DNA of 64,000 bases from Hemiscyllium ocellatum (GCF_020745735.1 NC_083430.1:39484909-39548908), one strand, 5' to 3'. Counted from the stretch's first letter, positions 26,201-38,934 are shown. The notes: a model not told the origin generated them from the sequence alone. Translations and numbers: made by a program.

Positions 26201-26770
26201 TGCTCTGGCTCTGTCCTCACTATAGTGACCCATATCTAACCAGTGTTGATCGTTTCAATGTATTACTGTGGCCTTCTGTTAATCTGTCACCCACATACCA
26301 TTGAACCTCAAACAGTGGAAGATGATAAAAGTGATTACTTCCTTTGGTAAATATTAAACAAATGCTGCTGTTTCTCAGCAAATAATTGTTTGCAATAACC
26401 CATTAATAACTGCTGGAAGGAAAAACTAACCTCTTTCCCCTGGAGCAACTCCTGCTTTACACACCATCTCACTGAAATCACTTTACTACCAACAAAATGC
26501 CTTCTTTTGAACCCCCTCCCTTAATTCCAGCCCACAAGTATGTTTGGGGATGGTGGTGACTTCAGCAGCCTCCTCTGCACTTGTAGGCAGGACTGAACAA
26601 TAGCATAATTGAGGCAGCAGGGAGAGGAAACTATGTAAATCAGCAATCAGCAGCTGACAGAATCTCAATAAGAACAAGTTCAGAATGTGGTCCTGGACTT
26701 GTAGCTGCTTTGCTGACTGGAGTCAGAGAGCACAGTATGTGGGGCGAAGATATAGTCATGGCAAGATTTG

Positions 26771-27085
26771 GCGGGTGGCACAGTGGTTAGCACTGCTGCC
26801 TCACAGCACCTGAGACCTGGGTTCAATTCCCGACCCAGGCGACTGACTGTGTGGAGTTTGCACGTTCTCCTCGTGTCTGCGTGGGTTTCCTCCGGGTGCT
26901 CTGGTTTCCTCCCACAGTCCAAAGATGTGCGGGTCAGGTGAATTGGCCATGCTAAATTGCCCGTAGTGTTAGGTAAGGGGTAAATGTAGGGGTATGGGTG
27001 GGTTGCGCTTCGGCGGGTCGGTGTGGACTTGTTGGGCCGAAGGGCCTGTTTTCCACACTGTAAGTAATCTAATCTAATCTATGTA
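26771..27085 (+). mobile_element. Full-length HE1-type V-SINE
   Basis: tRNA-derived head (TGGCACAGTGG A-box, GGTTCAATTCC B-box), V-domain GTGTGGAGTTTGCACGTTCTCC...GGGTTTCCTCCGGG, (TAATC)n tail, TSD AAGATTTG at 26763-26770 and 27086-27093. Confidence 0.92.
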
Positions 27086-27151
27086 AAGATTTGAAAATAA
27101 AGGCGAGTTGCTCAGGATGATGCAAAGTACAGTGGGACTAGGAACAGCTAT

Positions 27152-27464
27152 AGATTAGATTAGATTACTCAGTGTGGAAACAGGCCCTTCGGCCCAACAA
27201 GTCCACACCGACCCGCCGAAGCGCAACCCACCCATACCCCTACATTTACCTCTTACCTAACACTACGGGCAATTTACCATGGCCAATTCACCTGACCCGC
27301 ACATCTTTGGACTGTGGGTGGAAACCGGAGCACCCGGAGGAAACCCACGCAGACACGGGGAGAACGTGCAAACTCCACACAGTCAGTCGCCTGAGGCAGG
27401 AATTGACCCCAGGTCTCTGGCGCTGTGAGGCAACAGTGCTAACCACTGTGCCACCGTGCCACCC
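27152..27464 (-). mobile_element. Full-length HE1-type V-SINE (opposite orientation)
   Basis: Same family as 26771-27085. TSD CAGCTAT at 27145-27151 and 27465-27471. Confidence 0.92.
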
Positions 27465-28900
27465 CAGCTATGTCAGGGAATTTGGGACAAATAATAGTGG
27501 ACAATTCCTGTAGTAGTTTATGTATTCAGTTGGTAGAGAGAGAGAATAACATGAAAACTTTTGAGAAGATTGAATTATAAAGAGGGTGATTAAAGGAAAT
27601 CCATTCAAATGTGACATGAAATGCAGCACACACAGTTAAGTTAAAATGAGTGAAAACTGAATTTTATAGCAGAGGAAACCTTTAAAATAATGTACAACCA
27701 TTATTTACTTTTTAAAAATCTTACATTTGCACCCACCTAGTCAGAATAAATTCCTTTGTCCATTTTCATGAAAATTGTCCTTGTAAATGGTCATACTGTA
27801 ATTACACCTTCCCATGAGAGGCGGCGCCATCAAGCTTCCCTTTTACTTTTCCAAACTGCTGACCTTGTCACACTGTCTGTCAACTATCCAGACTGGTTTC
27901 TGCTACATTCACTGGAACTGAGTCCAGCTTATCGCGAGGCTTTCCGTTGAAGTCACAAACCCAACCACAATACACATGCAACACTTCATGTAAACCATCA
28001 GATAAAAGACTTAAAAATTACAAATGGATTTAAAAACTTACAGATATTGATAGAATGAACAGATGGTGAAAGCAGACATTTGTAAAAAAAAAGTGTCCCA
28101 CAGAGTTTATAGCACAGATAGGTTAATACAGTAAAAGGCTTTATTAGGTTAATATCCTGAGGAAAGGGACTTCAATGGGTTAACACACAAAATGGAAGGA
28201 CTGCAATTTGTTAATGTACCAGCAGGTAGGGCTCTGATGGAACATAGTGGCTCACTATGGGTTTACAGCGCCACCTGTTTGCCGAGACAGGCAGCACAGG
28301 ATTCTCAGTTTCAGAAATACACTCTGAGCCACAGGGCTCCTCTATCCCATCTCCACACTCTCAGTTCCTGCTCACAGCTACCTGCAAAACTGAACCTTAC
28401 CAATCATCCTCCAGTGTTTCATCCTAGTGGTCAGCTCATGTTAAGTCTACACAGCGAGGATAGTGGACTATATTGGACACCACAGCAGAACCTAATCCTT
28501 CCCTCAATCATATTTTAGAAGGCAACAGGTTGGATAACAGGGAAGCGACTTGAAGCCAGTGTTGTCCCTCCCAACGTGGGATTAAATGCTTCATCTCAGG
28601 TGTGAGATGGAACCTGGATCCTTTCTGCAATCTGTGGGGTTCAGTGAGTTTCTAACTCTGGCCAGTCTGGGTCCTCACTCAGTACAGCATCAAAGATGAT
28701 GGCCTCATTGGAGCTGTTCACACCCAATATTTGCTGAAGGCCCAAGGTTAGACTGTACAGGAAGACTTGGCCAGTGAAGTCCTGCATCAAGTTACATTAC
28801 ATAAAACCTGTCCTGAGTGGAGACTGGATGCAGAATCAAAAAAGGACAGAATCCGGGATTGAGGCATTTTTCAAATTGCAGACAAGATTCCAATTGTTGC

Positions 28901-28906
28901 TTTAAT
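28901..28906 (-). terminator. KDF1: Possible KDF1 polyadenylation signal ATTAAA (an AATAAA alternative lies at 28140-28145)
   Basis: About 550 nt after the stop on the - strand, preceded by several TGTA motifs. Confidence 0.4.
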
Positions 28907-29455
28907 ATAAAAAGCAACTTATTAAAATCAATATTTCTCACCATGACTCACTGTATTATCCAGTCATACAAAACAATGTACAAAATATGCAAAGTAACTG
29001 TACAACCGCCACCCCTGTACACCATCTATCTCCCCCAGCATGAACATAACCCCCTGACCAGTTCCTTATTTACACTAGTTCGGATTTCGCTGGCACCCAG
29101 TGAGTTATTATTTACCCCGCATTCTCCCCATCCACCTGCACCTCCCCCTTTTTGCCTCTCTCCTGCTTGCTGACCTTTGGCACTGAGCCTGGACTCTTCA
29201 TCTGCAGGGGGCAGGAAGTGGAGGGCTAGGTGCAAGCAAGAGGAAGAATGGCCTCCTCCAGGTTATCATCATCACAATCAAGTATTGGGCACTGGACTCC
29301 AAACCAGAGCACATCCCTTGTAGGGAGCAGGGGAAATCAGCTTCACAGTGAACAAGAGCCAAGTCAATTCCACACTTTCCACTGGTCTCAAGAGTGTCTG
29401 GCCACTCAGTGCCCTACGCACCCAACTTCCAATGTGGAAGGTCCCAACTCCAACC

Positions 29456-29532
29456 TTAGATATACACTTTGAGCAATGGGGCTCCTGATGAATCCGTCTC
29501 TGTATCTTGAAGAGAATCATCTTTACGCAAAT
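29456..29532 (-). CDS. KDF1: KDF1 terminal coding exon (DLRKDDSLQDTETDSSGAPLLKVYI*)
   Basis: Matches the human C-terminus DTDSSGAPLLQVYC. Acceptor ctttctctccag, TAA at 29458-29456. Spliced CDS is 1239 nt (412 aa). Confidence 0.93.
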
Positions 29533-29789
29533 CTGGAGAGAAAGACAGAGAGGGAACAGTGAGTGTTGGTTCCTCAGTGGGAATCTGCATTCTGGTCTGG
29601 AGTTTGGTGTGCGTTCAGTGTTGGAACAAAAAGCACTGGGGTGGGGAATGGTCACATCGAATCTGAAATGACAGCTCAGGACATCAATAGGATAATGATC
29701 AGTATACAGACTGCAGAGAGATGAGGGAATGAAAGCCACAGAAACTGGGAAATTGGGTGTGGGACAAACAGCAAGAAGGGTACAAGGTG

Positions 29790-30100
29790 GTGGGGTAAGG
29801 CAAATAGAAAGAAGATGGGGGGGGCGAGGTCAGAGGGGGGTGGAGAGAGAAGATGGGGTGAGGTCAGAGAGAGTGTAAGGGGAGAAGACAGGACGAGAGA
29901 GAGGGGGAGAAGATGGGGCAAGGTCAGGGGGTCAGAGAGAGAGGGATAAAATACAAGGCAAGGTCGCAGAGGACAGAGTGAAAAAGACAATGAAATGGGG
30001 CAAAGTCAGACCGAGTCAGAGAAAGAAAGAGAGGAAGATAGAGGTGTGGACAGTGAGAGAGGGAGATGAAGGTCTTAGTCTGAGACAGAGAGAAAAGGGT
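29790..30100. repeat. GA-rich polypurine low-complexity tract in KDF1 intron 3
   Basis: Strong G/A skew on the + strand with degenerate gagagaagatgggg...aggtcag units. Confidence 0.7.
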
Positions 30101-30121
30101 AGAAAGTAATTTGCAAATTAC

Positions 30122-30196
30122 CTGGTGAACACAGCCGCTGAATTTGTCTTGCTCTCTCATCAAGTGAGTCCACCACTGAAATCTCTAGGTTAAGCT
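30122..30196 (-). CDS. KDF1: KDF1 internal exon (ELNLEISVVDSLDERARQIQRLCSP)
   Basis: 75 nt, phase 1/1, acceptor ctcttttgttaag, donor CAG|GTAATT. Aligns with human ELTVQISQETTADAIARKLRPYGAP. Confidence 0.88.
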
Positions 30197-30480
30197 CTTA
30201 ACAAAAGAGAAAAAACAGAAATCATAGCACAGCAATCATAACATCTTCCAGCCAAACAAGAACACATCTCTGCCCACCTGCAGACAGATACAGCCTTCCA
30301 GGCGGATGGACAACCAACTCAGCCCCATGCACCTTATCCCACCCAAGTGGAGCTCCAGTGTATTTCTGGCCCCTCCAGTACATCTGTCTGGGTGCAATTT
30401 CTGTGCAGTACCCTCCCCCCACGCAGCTCCAGTGCATCCCTCTCCCCCTGCACAGTGCAACTCCAGCACAGTTGCCTCAC

Positions 30481-31567
30481 CTTCGCTGGGCAAAATAGTC
30501 TCGGTTTGAGGTCTGAGGTCAACAGGAGTAGGAGTGATCAGTCTTTCCTCACTTGGCTCTTCTGGTCCCCTTTTCTTACTTTTCTTGGGCTTCCGGGTGC
30601 TGATCCGGACGATCCCAGTTACTATCCGGCATTCCGCATCCTTCTCATTGATTTTGTAGCCTTTGGTGATGCTATCAATGAGCTCAGTGATCTCACTGCT
30701 TTTGCTGATGAATGTAGTGTCAGAGGTACATTGAGCCAACATGTCGATCTGGTGAATGCTGAACAGCTCCAGCAGCTTCTTATTGATGTACTCGTCCAGC
30801 TCTGCACTCGACATTGACACGTTTAGCTCGTTGTTCTCCAAATCTTCCTCCAGAAAGGAGGGGAACTCATCGGAAATTCGTTTGTGGGAGATTGGTGAGA
30901 TGCTGCTGGGACTCTCTGATTGCTGAGAATTGAGGGGGGTGTCCTTGTGGCATGAGTCTGTGGACAGAGTATTATTGTGAATTTTCCAGATTACCTGCTG
31001 TCCTCCCAACTTGACATCATAATAATTAAAACTGTTGCCTGCAAGGTTAGTCTTCTTCTTGGAGCTGGGTTCAGAGTTCAGGGGAATCCCATGCGTTGGG
31101 TTTTCAATATACCGCAAAGTGTTACTGTCAATGTCTTTAGCACGTGTCGGTGGTTCTGTCGACCTGGTACATGGATTGTAAACCCCCGTGTCAGCCTTAT
31201 AGTATCCACAGCTCACCACACAGCAGAAAACCTCCTTAACCATCTGCCAGGTAACACAGGTTCCCAACCCACATGACTCACACACACTTGCCTCCTCTAT
31301 GGTTTCAACTGACCCCGGGATGAACCCAATGTTTTCCGTGTTATTCCCATTTGAATCTCTTGGATCTGCTTTCCGGCTGTGACTTTTAGCCAGCAACTTG
31401 CTTTCCTTCCTCTCAGCTCGTCTGTTTTCTGGCGTTGAGCCTTCATAAACCTCCAGGCTCAGCGAGTCCACAGAGGCTGGCAGCCGAACTGGAGAAGTCA
31501 GAAGCCTGGGTTTGGCCACAGGCCTATCAGCCTGCTGTGGAGCAGCTCTTCGCCCAGTTCCTTGCAT
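30481..31567 (-). CDS. KDF1: KDF1 (keratinocyte differentiation factor 1) main coding exon; exon begins at acceptor 31584, ATG at 31567
   Basis: SMSSAELDEYINKKLLELFSIHQIDMLAQCTSDTTFISKSSEITELIDSITKGYKINEKDAECRIVTGIVRISTRK matches the human KDF1 core (SMSSREIDVLIFKKLTELFSVHQIDELAKCTSDT...RGIIRISTRK). Also NSFNYYDVKL and a Cys-rich segment. Acceptor ctctattccacag, donor AAG|GTGAGG, 1087 coding nt (phase 1). Confidence 0.93.
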
Positions 31568-31682
31568 GACTTACACTGAAGGACCTGTGGAATAGAGAGG
31601 ACAAACGTCACACAACACATGCAGCCACTGGACCAACACATTACCACCAAAAGGAGACAACAAACCATACACGGTGAACCCA

Positions 31683-34300
31683 AGGATATAAGACCATTAG
31701 ACATAGGAGTGGAACTAAGGCCATTCGGCCCATCGAGTCCACTCCGCCATTCAATTATGGCTGATGGGCATTTCAACTCCACTTACCAGCATTCTCCCGT
31801 AGCCCTTAATTCCTTGTGACATCAAGAATTTATCAATCTCTGCCTTGAAGACATTTAGCGTCCTGCCCTCCACTGCACTCTGTGGCAATGAATTCCACAG
31901 GTCCACCACTCTCTGGCTGAAGAAATATCTCCGCATTTCTGTTCTGAATTGACTCCCTCTAATTCTAAGGCTGTGTCCATGGGTCCTAGTCTCCTCGCCT
32001 AGCGGAAACAATTTCCTAGCGTCCACCCTTTCCAAGCCACGTATTATCTTGTAAGTTTCTAATAGATCTCCCCTTAATCTTCTAAACTCCAATGAATACA
32101 ATCCCAGGATCCTCAGCCATTCCTCGTATGTTAGACCTACCATTCCAGGGATCATCCGTGTGAATCTCCGCTGGACACGCTCCAGTGCCAGTATGTCCTT
32201 CCTGAGGTGTGGGGACCAAAACTGGACACAGTACTCCAAATGGGGCCTAACCAGAGTTTTATAAAGTCTCAGTAGCACAACGGTGCTTTTATATTCAACC
32301 TTCTTGAGATAAATGACAACATTGCATCCGCTTTCTTAATCACGGACTCAACCTGCATGTTTACCTTTAGAGAATCCTCGACTAGCACTCCCAGATCTCT
32401 TTGTACTTTGGCTTTACAAATTTTCTCACTGTTTAGAAAGTAGTCTATGCTTGTATTCTTTTTTCCAAACTACAAGACTTCGCATTTGCTCACGTTGAAT
32501 TCCATCAGCCATTTCCTGAACCACTCTCCCAAACTGTCTAGATCCTTCTGCAGCTTCCCCACTTCCTCAGTACTACCTGCATGTCCACCTAACTTCGTAT
32601 CATCTGCAAACTTCGCTAGAATGCCCCCAGCCCCTTCATCCAGATCATTAATATATAATGTGAACAGCTGCGGCCCCAACACAGAGCCCTGCTGTACACC
32701 GCTTGTCACTGGCTGCCATTCGGAAAAAGAACCTTTTATCCCAACTCTCTGCCTTCTGTCAGACAGCCAATCCTCAATCCATACCAGTAGCTCACCTCGA
32801 ACACCATGGGCCCTCACCTTGCTGAGCAGCCTCCCGTATGGCACCTTATCAAAGGTCTTTTGGAAGTCTAGATAGACCACATCCACTGGGTTTCCTTGGT
32901 CTAACCTACTTGTCACCTCTTCAAAGAATTCCAACAGGTTTGTCAGACACGACCTCCCCTTACTAAATCCATGTTGACTTGTTTTAATCCGACTCTGCTC
33001 TTCCAAGAATTTAGAAACCTCATCCTTAATGATGGATTCTAGAATTTTACCAACAATCGAGGTTAGGCTAATTGGCCAATAATCTTCCATCTTTTGTCTT
33101 GATCCTTTCTTGAACAAGGGGGTTACAACAGCGATCTTCCAATCATCTGGGACTTTCCCTGACTCCAGTGACTTTTGAAAGATCTCAACCAATGCCTCCG
33201 CTATTTCCTCAGCCACCTCTCTCAGAACTTTAGGATATATCCCATCGGGGCCAGGAGATTTATCAATTTTAAGACTTTTTAGCTTTTCTAGCACTTTCTC
33301 TTTTGTAATGGCAACCATATTCAACTCAGCCCCCTGACTCCCTTTAATTGTTGGGATAGTACTCATGTCTTCCACTGTGAAGACTGACGCAAAGTACTTG
33401 TTAAGTTCTCCTGCTATTTCCTTATCTCCCATCATAGGCTTCCAGCATCAGTTTGAAGTGGTCCAATGTCTACTTTTGCCTGTCGTTTGTTTCTTATGTA
33501 TTGAAAGAAACTTTTACTATCATTTCTAATATTACTGGCTAGCCTACCTTCATATTTGATCCTCTCCTTCCTTACTTGTCTCTTTGTTATCCTCTGTTTG
33601 TTTTTGTAGTCTTCCCAATCTTCTGATTTCCCATTGCTCTTGGCCACTTTATAGGATCTCTCTTTTTCTTTAATACAGTTCCTGACTTCCTTTGTCAGCC
33701 ATGGCTGTCTAATCCCTCCCCGGATAATCTTTCTTTTCTTGGGGATGAACCTCTGTACAGTGTCCTCAATTTGACCCACATACTCCTGCCATTTTTGTTC
33801 GACTGTCCTCCCCGCTAGGTTCTGCTTCCAGTCTATTTTCATCAGTCCCTCTCTCATGCCCTCATAATTACCTTTATTTAACTGTAACACCATTATATCC
33901 GACTTTGCCTTCTTTCTTTCAAACTGCAGACTGAACTCTACCATATTATGATCGCTGCTTCCTAAGTGTTCCCTTATTTTAAGATCTTTTATAAAGTATG
34001 GTTCATTACATAGCACTAGGTCCAGAATAGCCTGTTCCCTTGTGGGCTCCATGACAAGATGTTCCAAAAAGCCATCCTGTAAGCATTCCATGAATTCCCT
34101 TTCTTTGGATCCACTGGCAACATTATTTACTCAGTCCACCTGCATATTGAAGTCTCCCATGATCACCGTGACCTTGCCTTTCTGACATGTCTTCTCTATT
34201 TCCCGGTATATGTTGCGCCCCTGGTCCTGACCACTGTTAGGAGGTCTGTACATAACTCCCATTATGGTTTTTTTGCCTTTGTGGTTCCTCAATTCCACCC
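31683..34300 (-). mobile_element. Young 5'-truncated CR1 LINE (second subfamily), ORF2 largely intact
   Basis: Successive ORFs 34131-34316, 33432-34091, 32470-33435 and 31751-32278 give endonuclease (MGDFN, LDLVL, SDH), RT (QHGF, GVQQGSVLGP, KFADDTK) and C-terminus (LVRPHLEYCVQFWSP), broken by only a few frameshifts. Confidence 0.93.
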
Positions 34301-34634
34301 TATTCTTGGGCTTCAATATCTATGAGGCCCAAGAATAGCTTGGGGCCAAAGAGATTCCAGCAGTAGGGGAGGTGAGGAGCAGCTGCAGGAATGCTCAAAG
34401 TGCACTATATTAACCTCCAAGCACACTGAACCACAGCATACAATCTGAAGATGTTTTATCCCCTTCCCTGAATGTGACATGTAGAACCCAGGCAGGAAGA
34501 ATAGGGTGGGAACAACTCAGATCACTTCTACCCTCAGAAAGCAGTTTGAATTGACTGACCAGCTACAAAAATAGGTTAAAAAAATACAAAGCGTAGTCAG
34601 CACAGATTTCAAAAGGGATGGAATGCAAGGCGAA

Positions 34635-34925
34635 GGGGCGGCATGGTGGCTCAGTTGTTGGCACTGCTGCTCCACAATGCCAGGGACCCCAGGTTCGATT
34701 CCACCCTAGGGCGACTGTGTGGAGTTTGCACATTCTCCCCATGTCTGCATGGGTTTCCTCCCACAGTCTGAAGATGTGCAGGTTAGAAGTTGTCCAGACT
34801 AGTTGGATTAACCATGGGAAATGCAGGTTTACAGGGACAGGGTACAGAGTGGGATGCTCTGCGAAGGGTTGGTGTGGACTTGATGGGCCAAATGGCCTGC
34901 TTCCACATTGTAGGGGATTCTATGA
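34635..34925 (+). mobile_element. Older HE1-type V-SINE
   Basis: tRNA head (TGGCTCAGTTG; GGTTCGATTCC), V-domain and HER1-like tail. Confidence 0.82.
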
Positions 34926-34934
34926 AGACCAGTC

Positions 34935-35950
34935 TTACTGATTTCTTTGAAATAACAAGGTAGATGTAGGTAATATGATGGATATAATATTTTTGGATTT
35001 CCAAAAGGACTTTGACAACCTACTGCATAGGAAACTCATGACCAAGGTCAAACATGTGGAGTAAGGGGTTAGTAGTAGAATGGATAGCAGGTTGGATACA
35101 AAATAGAAAATAGGGATACGGATTATAAATAGATAATCAGACTGACAAAACAAAGGAAGTGATATTTCACAGGGATCGATAGTGGGGCCACTGTTATTCA
35201 CTACTAACATCAATGATTTGGGAATTTTAAAAAATTTCAAATTTCACAGTAGACACCAAATTGGGATACTATTGATATAGAGGACTGTAGCAAAATAAAT
35301 GAAGACATTAATAAACTAGCAATATGGCAATTTTATCAGCAAATGAACTTTAATATTTTTAAGCCTGAGGGTGTCACATTTCAATAGGTCTAAGAAAGCC
35401 ACATGCTCCTTGCTAAACAATTATCCAAACAAAAGACTCTGGGAGTTCAGATGCACAAATCATTAAAAAGTAGTGGCACATTATCACAAAGCTATAAAAT
35501 GGGATTCAATACACTGATTCACTTCTAGAGGGATATGTACAGAGACCCAAGTCACAATTTGGCACAATGTGCACAATTCTGGACCCCACCGGGACTCTTT
35601 TCTCTGGAAACGAAAAGACAAAGGGACTGCATGACAGAAGTCTCTATGATAACAAAAGGGTTTTATAGAATACATGTTAAGAAAATGTTTTCGCGTGTGG
35701 ACAAAACCAAAATTAGACATTATATATGATAAATTTTCTATTTGAATTTATTAATCATTATAAGAAAACTCTTTACTCAGCCTGCAATTAGAATGTAGGA
35801 CTCAACAGCACAAAGAGAACTCAAAGGAGAACAAAATACATACATTGACTAAACTTGATGGAGAAAGGAATAAAGAGATACGGTGATAGATTGAGGCAAA
35901 GTAGAGTGGAAAGCTATTGTGGAAAATAAACACTGGCATGGGCCGGTCAT
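34935..35950 (+). mobile_element. Highly decayed CR1 RT/3' fragment
   Basis: DIIFLDFQKDFD and SQGSIVGPLLFTTNINDL motifs on the + strand. Confidence 0.7.
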
Positions 35951-36239
35951 GTAGTGATTTGATAGGCTAGAGATAATGTTAGACTGACATGCCTATTTTT
36001 GTACAGGGAATTAACATTGATAAAAGGCAGAGGAAGGCGTTAAGTATTGCTGGGAGAAGTTGTCATGAAAGAACAAAGGGGGAGGCCTATGAAAGACTGG
36101 GGAACTCAACAATGATTAAATGGCAAAGGGCTGATAGTGCAATAAAGCATTAGGGGATAGTCATGGAACAAGTGTAAAGAGAAACAAAGTTGGGTCCTGC
36201 TGAGCTGTACATGCCAACAGTGAAACATTAACAACAGTT

Positions 36240-36555
36240 GCCATGAAAATGGAAGCAAAGCTATTCTCTAAAGTTGTGAAACTCAAGCCGGAAGGTTGTA
36301 AACTGCCTAATCAAAAGATCAAAAGCAGTTTTTGTGCACTTGCATTGAACTCTATGAGAACAGTATAGGTGACTGAAGTCAGAGAAGTCATGGTGAGATT
36401 GTGGTGGAGAAATGATTGGAATTGGTATTATGATTGCAGAACAAAGTGTGTGTAGAGCAAAGCAATATTCCAATTTGCAGAGTTGTCTTCCCAAATACAG
36501 GAGGCTGTGCCATGAAGGCCACCCCAATGTGGAGGGCAATACAATATGAATGCAC
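36240..36555 (-). mobile_element. Decayed PLE GIY-YIG endonuclease remnant
   Basis: Minus-strand translation LLYLGRQLCKLEYCFALH...PPQSHHDFS resembles the PLE GIY-YIG region (LLYIGET.R.L..RF.EH...SPSHS). Confidence 0.45.
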
Positions 36556-38550
36556 CTCCGCTCAAAATCACGGATGAACCAGGAGATTCACTCCGGACTA
36601 AAGTCTAGGTCTGAGGCGTACAAGTCGGGCAATCCTGTCCTATACTGAAAATTCAGGTACAACCTTCGTAAGGCCATCAGAAATGCTAAGAAGCGTTACC
36701 AAACTAAGCTTGAGGCCCGGACCAACCACATAGGCACCCATTGTTTGTGGCAAGACTTAAACCACATAACAGGCTACAAAGCAAACTTAAAAAGAATAGT
36801 GGGCAACAGTACATCCCCACCCAACAAGTTCAATGCATTCTACATTTGTTTTGAACAGAAGGTCATTGAAACAATGTCACCTATCCCAACAGCCTTGGAT
36901 ATACCTGTACTCTCAGTCACCATGGCAGATGTTAGATCAGCCTAATTGAGAGTGAACCCATGGAAAACGACTGGCCTGGATGGAGTCCCCTGGCCATGTG
37001 CTAAGATCCTCTGTGAACCAGTTGGTGGGAATATTCGCAGATATAGTGTGTCATGGAATCATACAGCACGGAAACAGGTTCCTCGATCCAACTCATCTGT
37101 GCCAACCTGGCATCCTAATCTGACCTAGTCCTATTTCCGAACATTTGTCCCATATCCCTCTAAACCCTTCCTAATCATATACCCATCTAGCTGCCTTTTG
37201 AACGTTGTAATTGTTTAACCTCTCCTTATTACAATCTGAAGTCCCCATCTGCCTCAAGAAGACCACCATTATCCTGATGCCAAAGAAAGATCATGGAGCA
37301 CGCCTCAACAACTACCGCCTGGTGGCTCTGACCTTCATTATTTGGAGTGCTTCAAGAGGTTAGTCACAACTCACAGCAAGTATAACCCATCAAACTGCCT
37401 TGACCCTTTGCAATCTGCCTACTGGCATAACAGGTTCACAGCAGAAACCATCGCCCTACTCTCATCCCTCCAATATTTGGATAACAAGGATAGCTATGTT
37501 AGGATCCTACTTATTGACTATAGTTTCACCTTCAACACCATAATTCCAAATAAACTCATCTCTAAACTCCAAGACCTAGGTTTTGGGTCCCCCCTTTATA
37601 ACTGGATCCTCAACTTCCTGACCCATAGACCACAATAAGCAAGAATAGGCAACAACACGTCCTCCACCATAATCCTCAACACTGATGCGCTACAAGATTG
37701 CATCCTCTGTCCCCTATATTCCTAACACGATCATGACTGTGCAGCCAAATTCTGCACCAACTCCATTTACAAGTTTGCTGATGACACCATTGCTGTAGAC
37801 TGGATCTCAAACAATGACGAGACAGAATACGTGAAAAGAGATTGAGTGCTTAGTGGCATGGCATAAGGACAACAATCTCTCCAACAACATCAGCTGGTCA
37901 TTGACTTCAAACAGAATGGAAGGCATGGCCCCATCTGATCAATGGTTCGGAGGTGAAAACGATCGAGAGCGTCAAGGTCCTGAGAGTGTCTATCACCAAG
38001 AATCTGCCATGGTCCATCTACGTCAACACGATAGTGCAGATAGCACAACAATGTCTCTACTTCCTCAGGAGGTTATGGAAATTTGACATGTCCATAAAGA
38101 TACTTACAATTTTTATGGATGCATCATACAAAGCATCCAATCTGTATGCATCACAACTGCTCTTTCCAGGATTTCAAAAAACTACAGAAAGTCATGAACA
38201 CAGTCCAGTCCATCATGAAAACCAACTTTCCATGCATTGACTCCAGCTATACTTCCCGCTGCCTAGGGAAAGCAATCAATACAATAAAAACCCCTCCCAC
38301 CCTGGTTATACTCTCTTCCATCCTCCTCCGTCAGCGGAAGATATAAACGTTTGAATACACATATGAATAGATTCAAGCACAGCTTCTAACCCGCCTCTAA
38401 ACAGACCTCTAAAATGTTAATGTTGATCTCTCTCTCTCTCTGCACCTTCTCTACAGCTGTAACATTGTATTCTACACTTTGTTCTGCTACTTTGATATAC
38501 TTTGTATGTCTGTATAGCACAAAAAACAACACTTTTCACTGTATCTCAGT
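36555..38550 (+). mobile_element. Rex1/Babar-type LINE (decayed), with a CR1 tail fragment nested at about 37045-37215 (-)
   Basis: LDPLQSAY...YLDNKDSYVRILLIDYSFTFNTIIPNKLISKLQDLG...WILNFLTHRPQ, YKFADDT and AQQCLYFLRRL are typical Rex-Babar RT motifs. Confidence 0.85.
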
Positions 38551-38934
38551 ACATTTGACAGGTCAGATAGGGATGTCTGCTCGCCATGGACGAGTTGGAC
38601 CAAAGGGTCTGTTTCCATGCTGTGTGACTTTATGACTCTGTAACAAGGCCATAGAAAAATCTGTTAATCTGGATGGACATTTTAAAATTGGGGATTGCTT
38701 ATCCAAGATCCAAAATGTGTCAGTGAGCACAGGGGTCATGGGTGAATGGGACTTTTGCTAAGTTAAAGCACTTTCCAGCATCTGCAGTCCTCACTGTCTG
38801 CTTGTGTAAGTTAAGACACACAACAACATTTCAACACTCACACTCTATAAACAGTGATACACCTCTACCCCAAACATTAATGCTGTTACAAACTGATACC
38901 AACTAACCTCACCTACATTAAAAATCAATCGTAA

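Noticed and set aside
26771-26835. tRNA genes
   Set aside because: The A/B boxes belong to SINE heads that continue into a V-domain and LINE-like tail; no complete cloverleaf or terminator.
27172-27513. Recurrent small ORFs (MWKQALRPNK..., ...RKPEHPEETHA) that look like a gene family
   Set aside because: They are antisense translations of HE1 SINE copies.
30236-31567. 443-aa ORF as a complete single-exon protein
   Set aside because: A strong donor at 30480 and two downstream exons restore the conserved KDF1 C-terminus; the last ~80 aa of the ORF are intronic.
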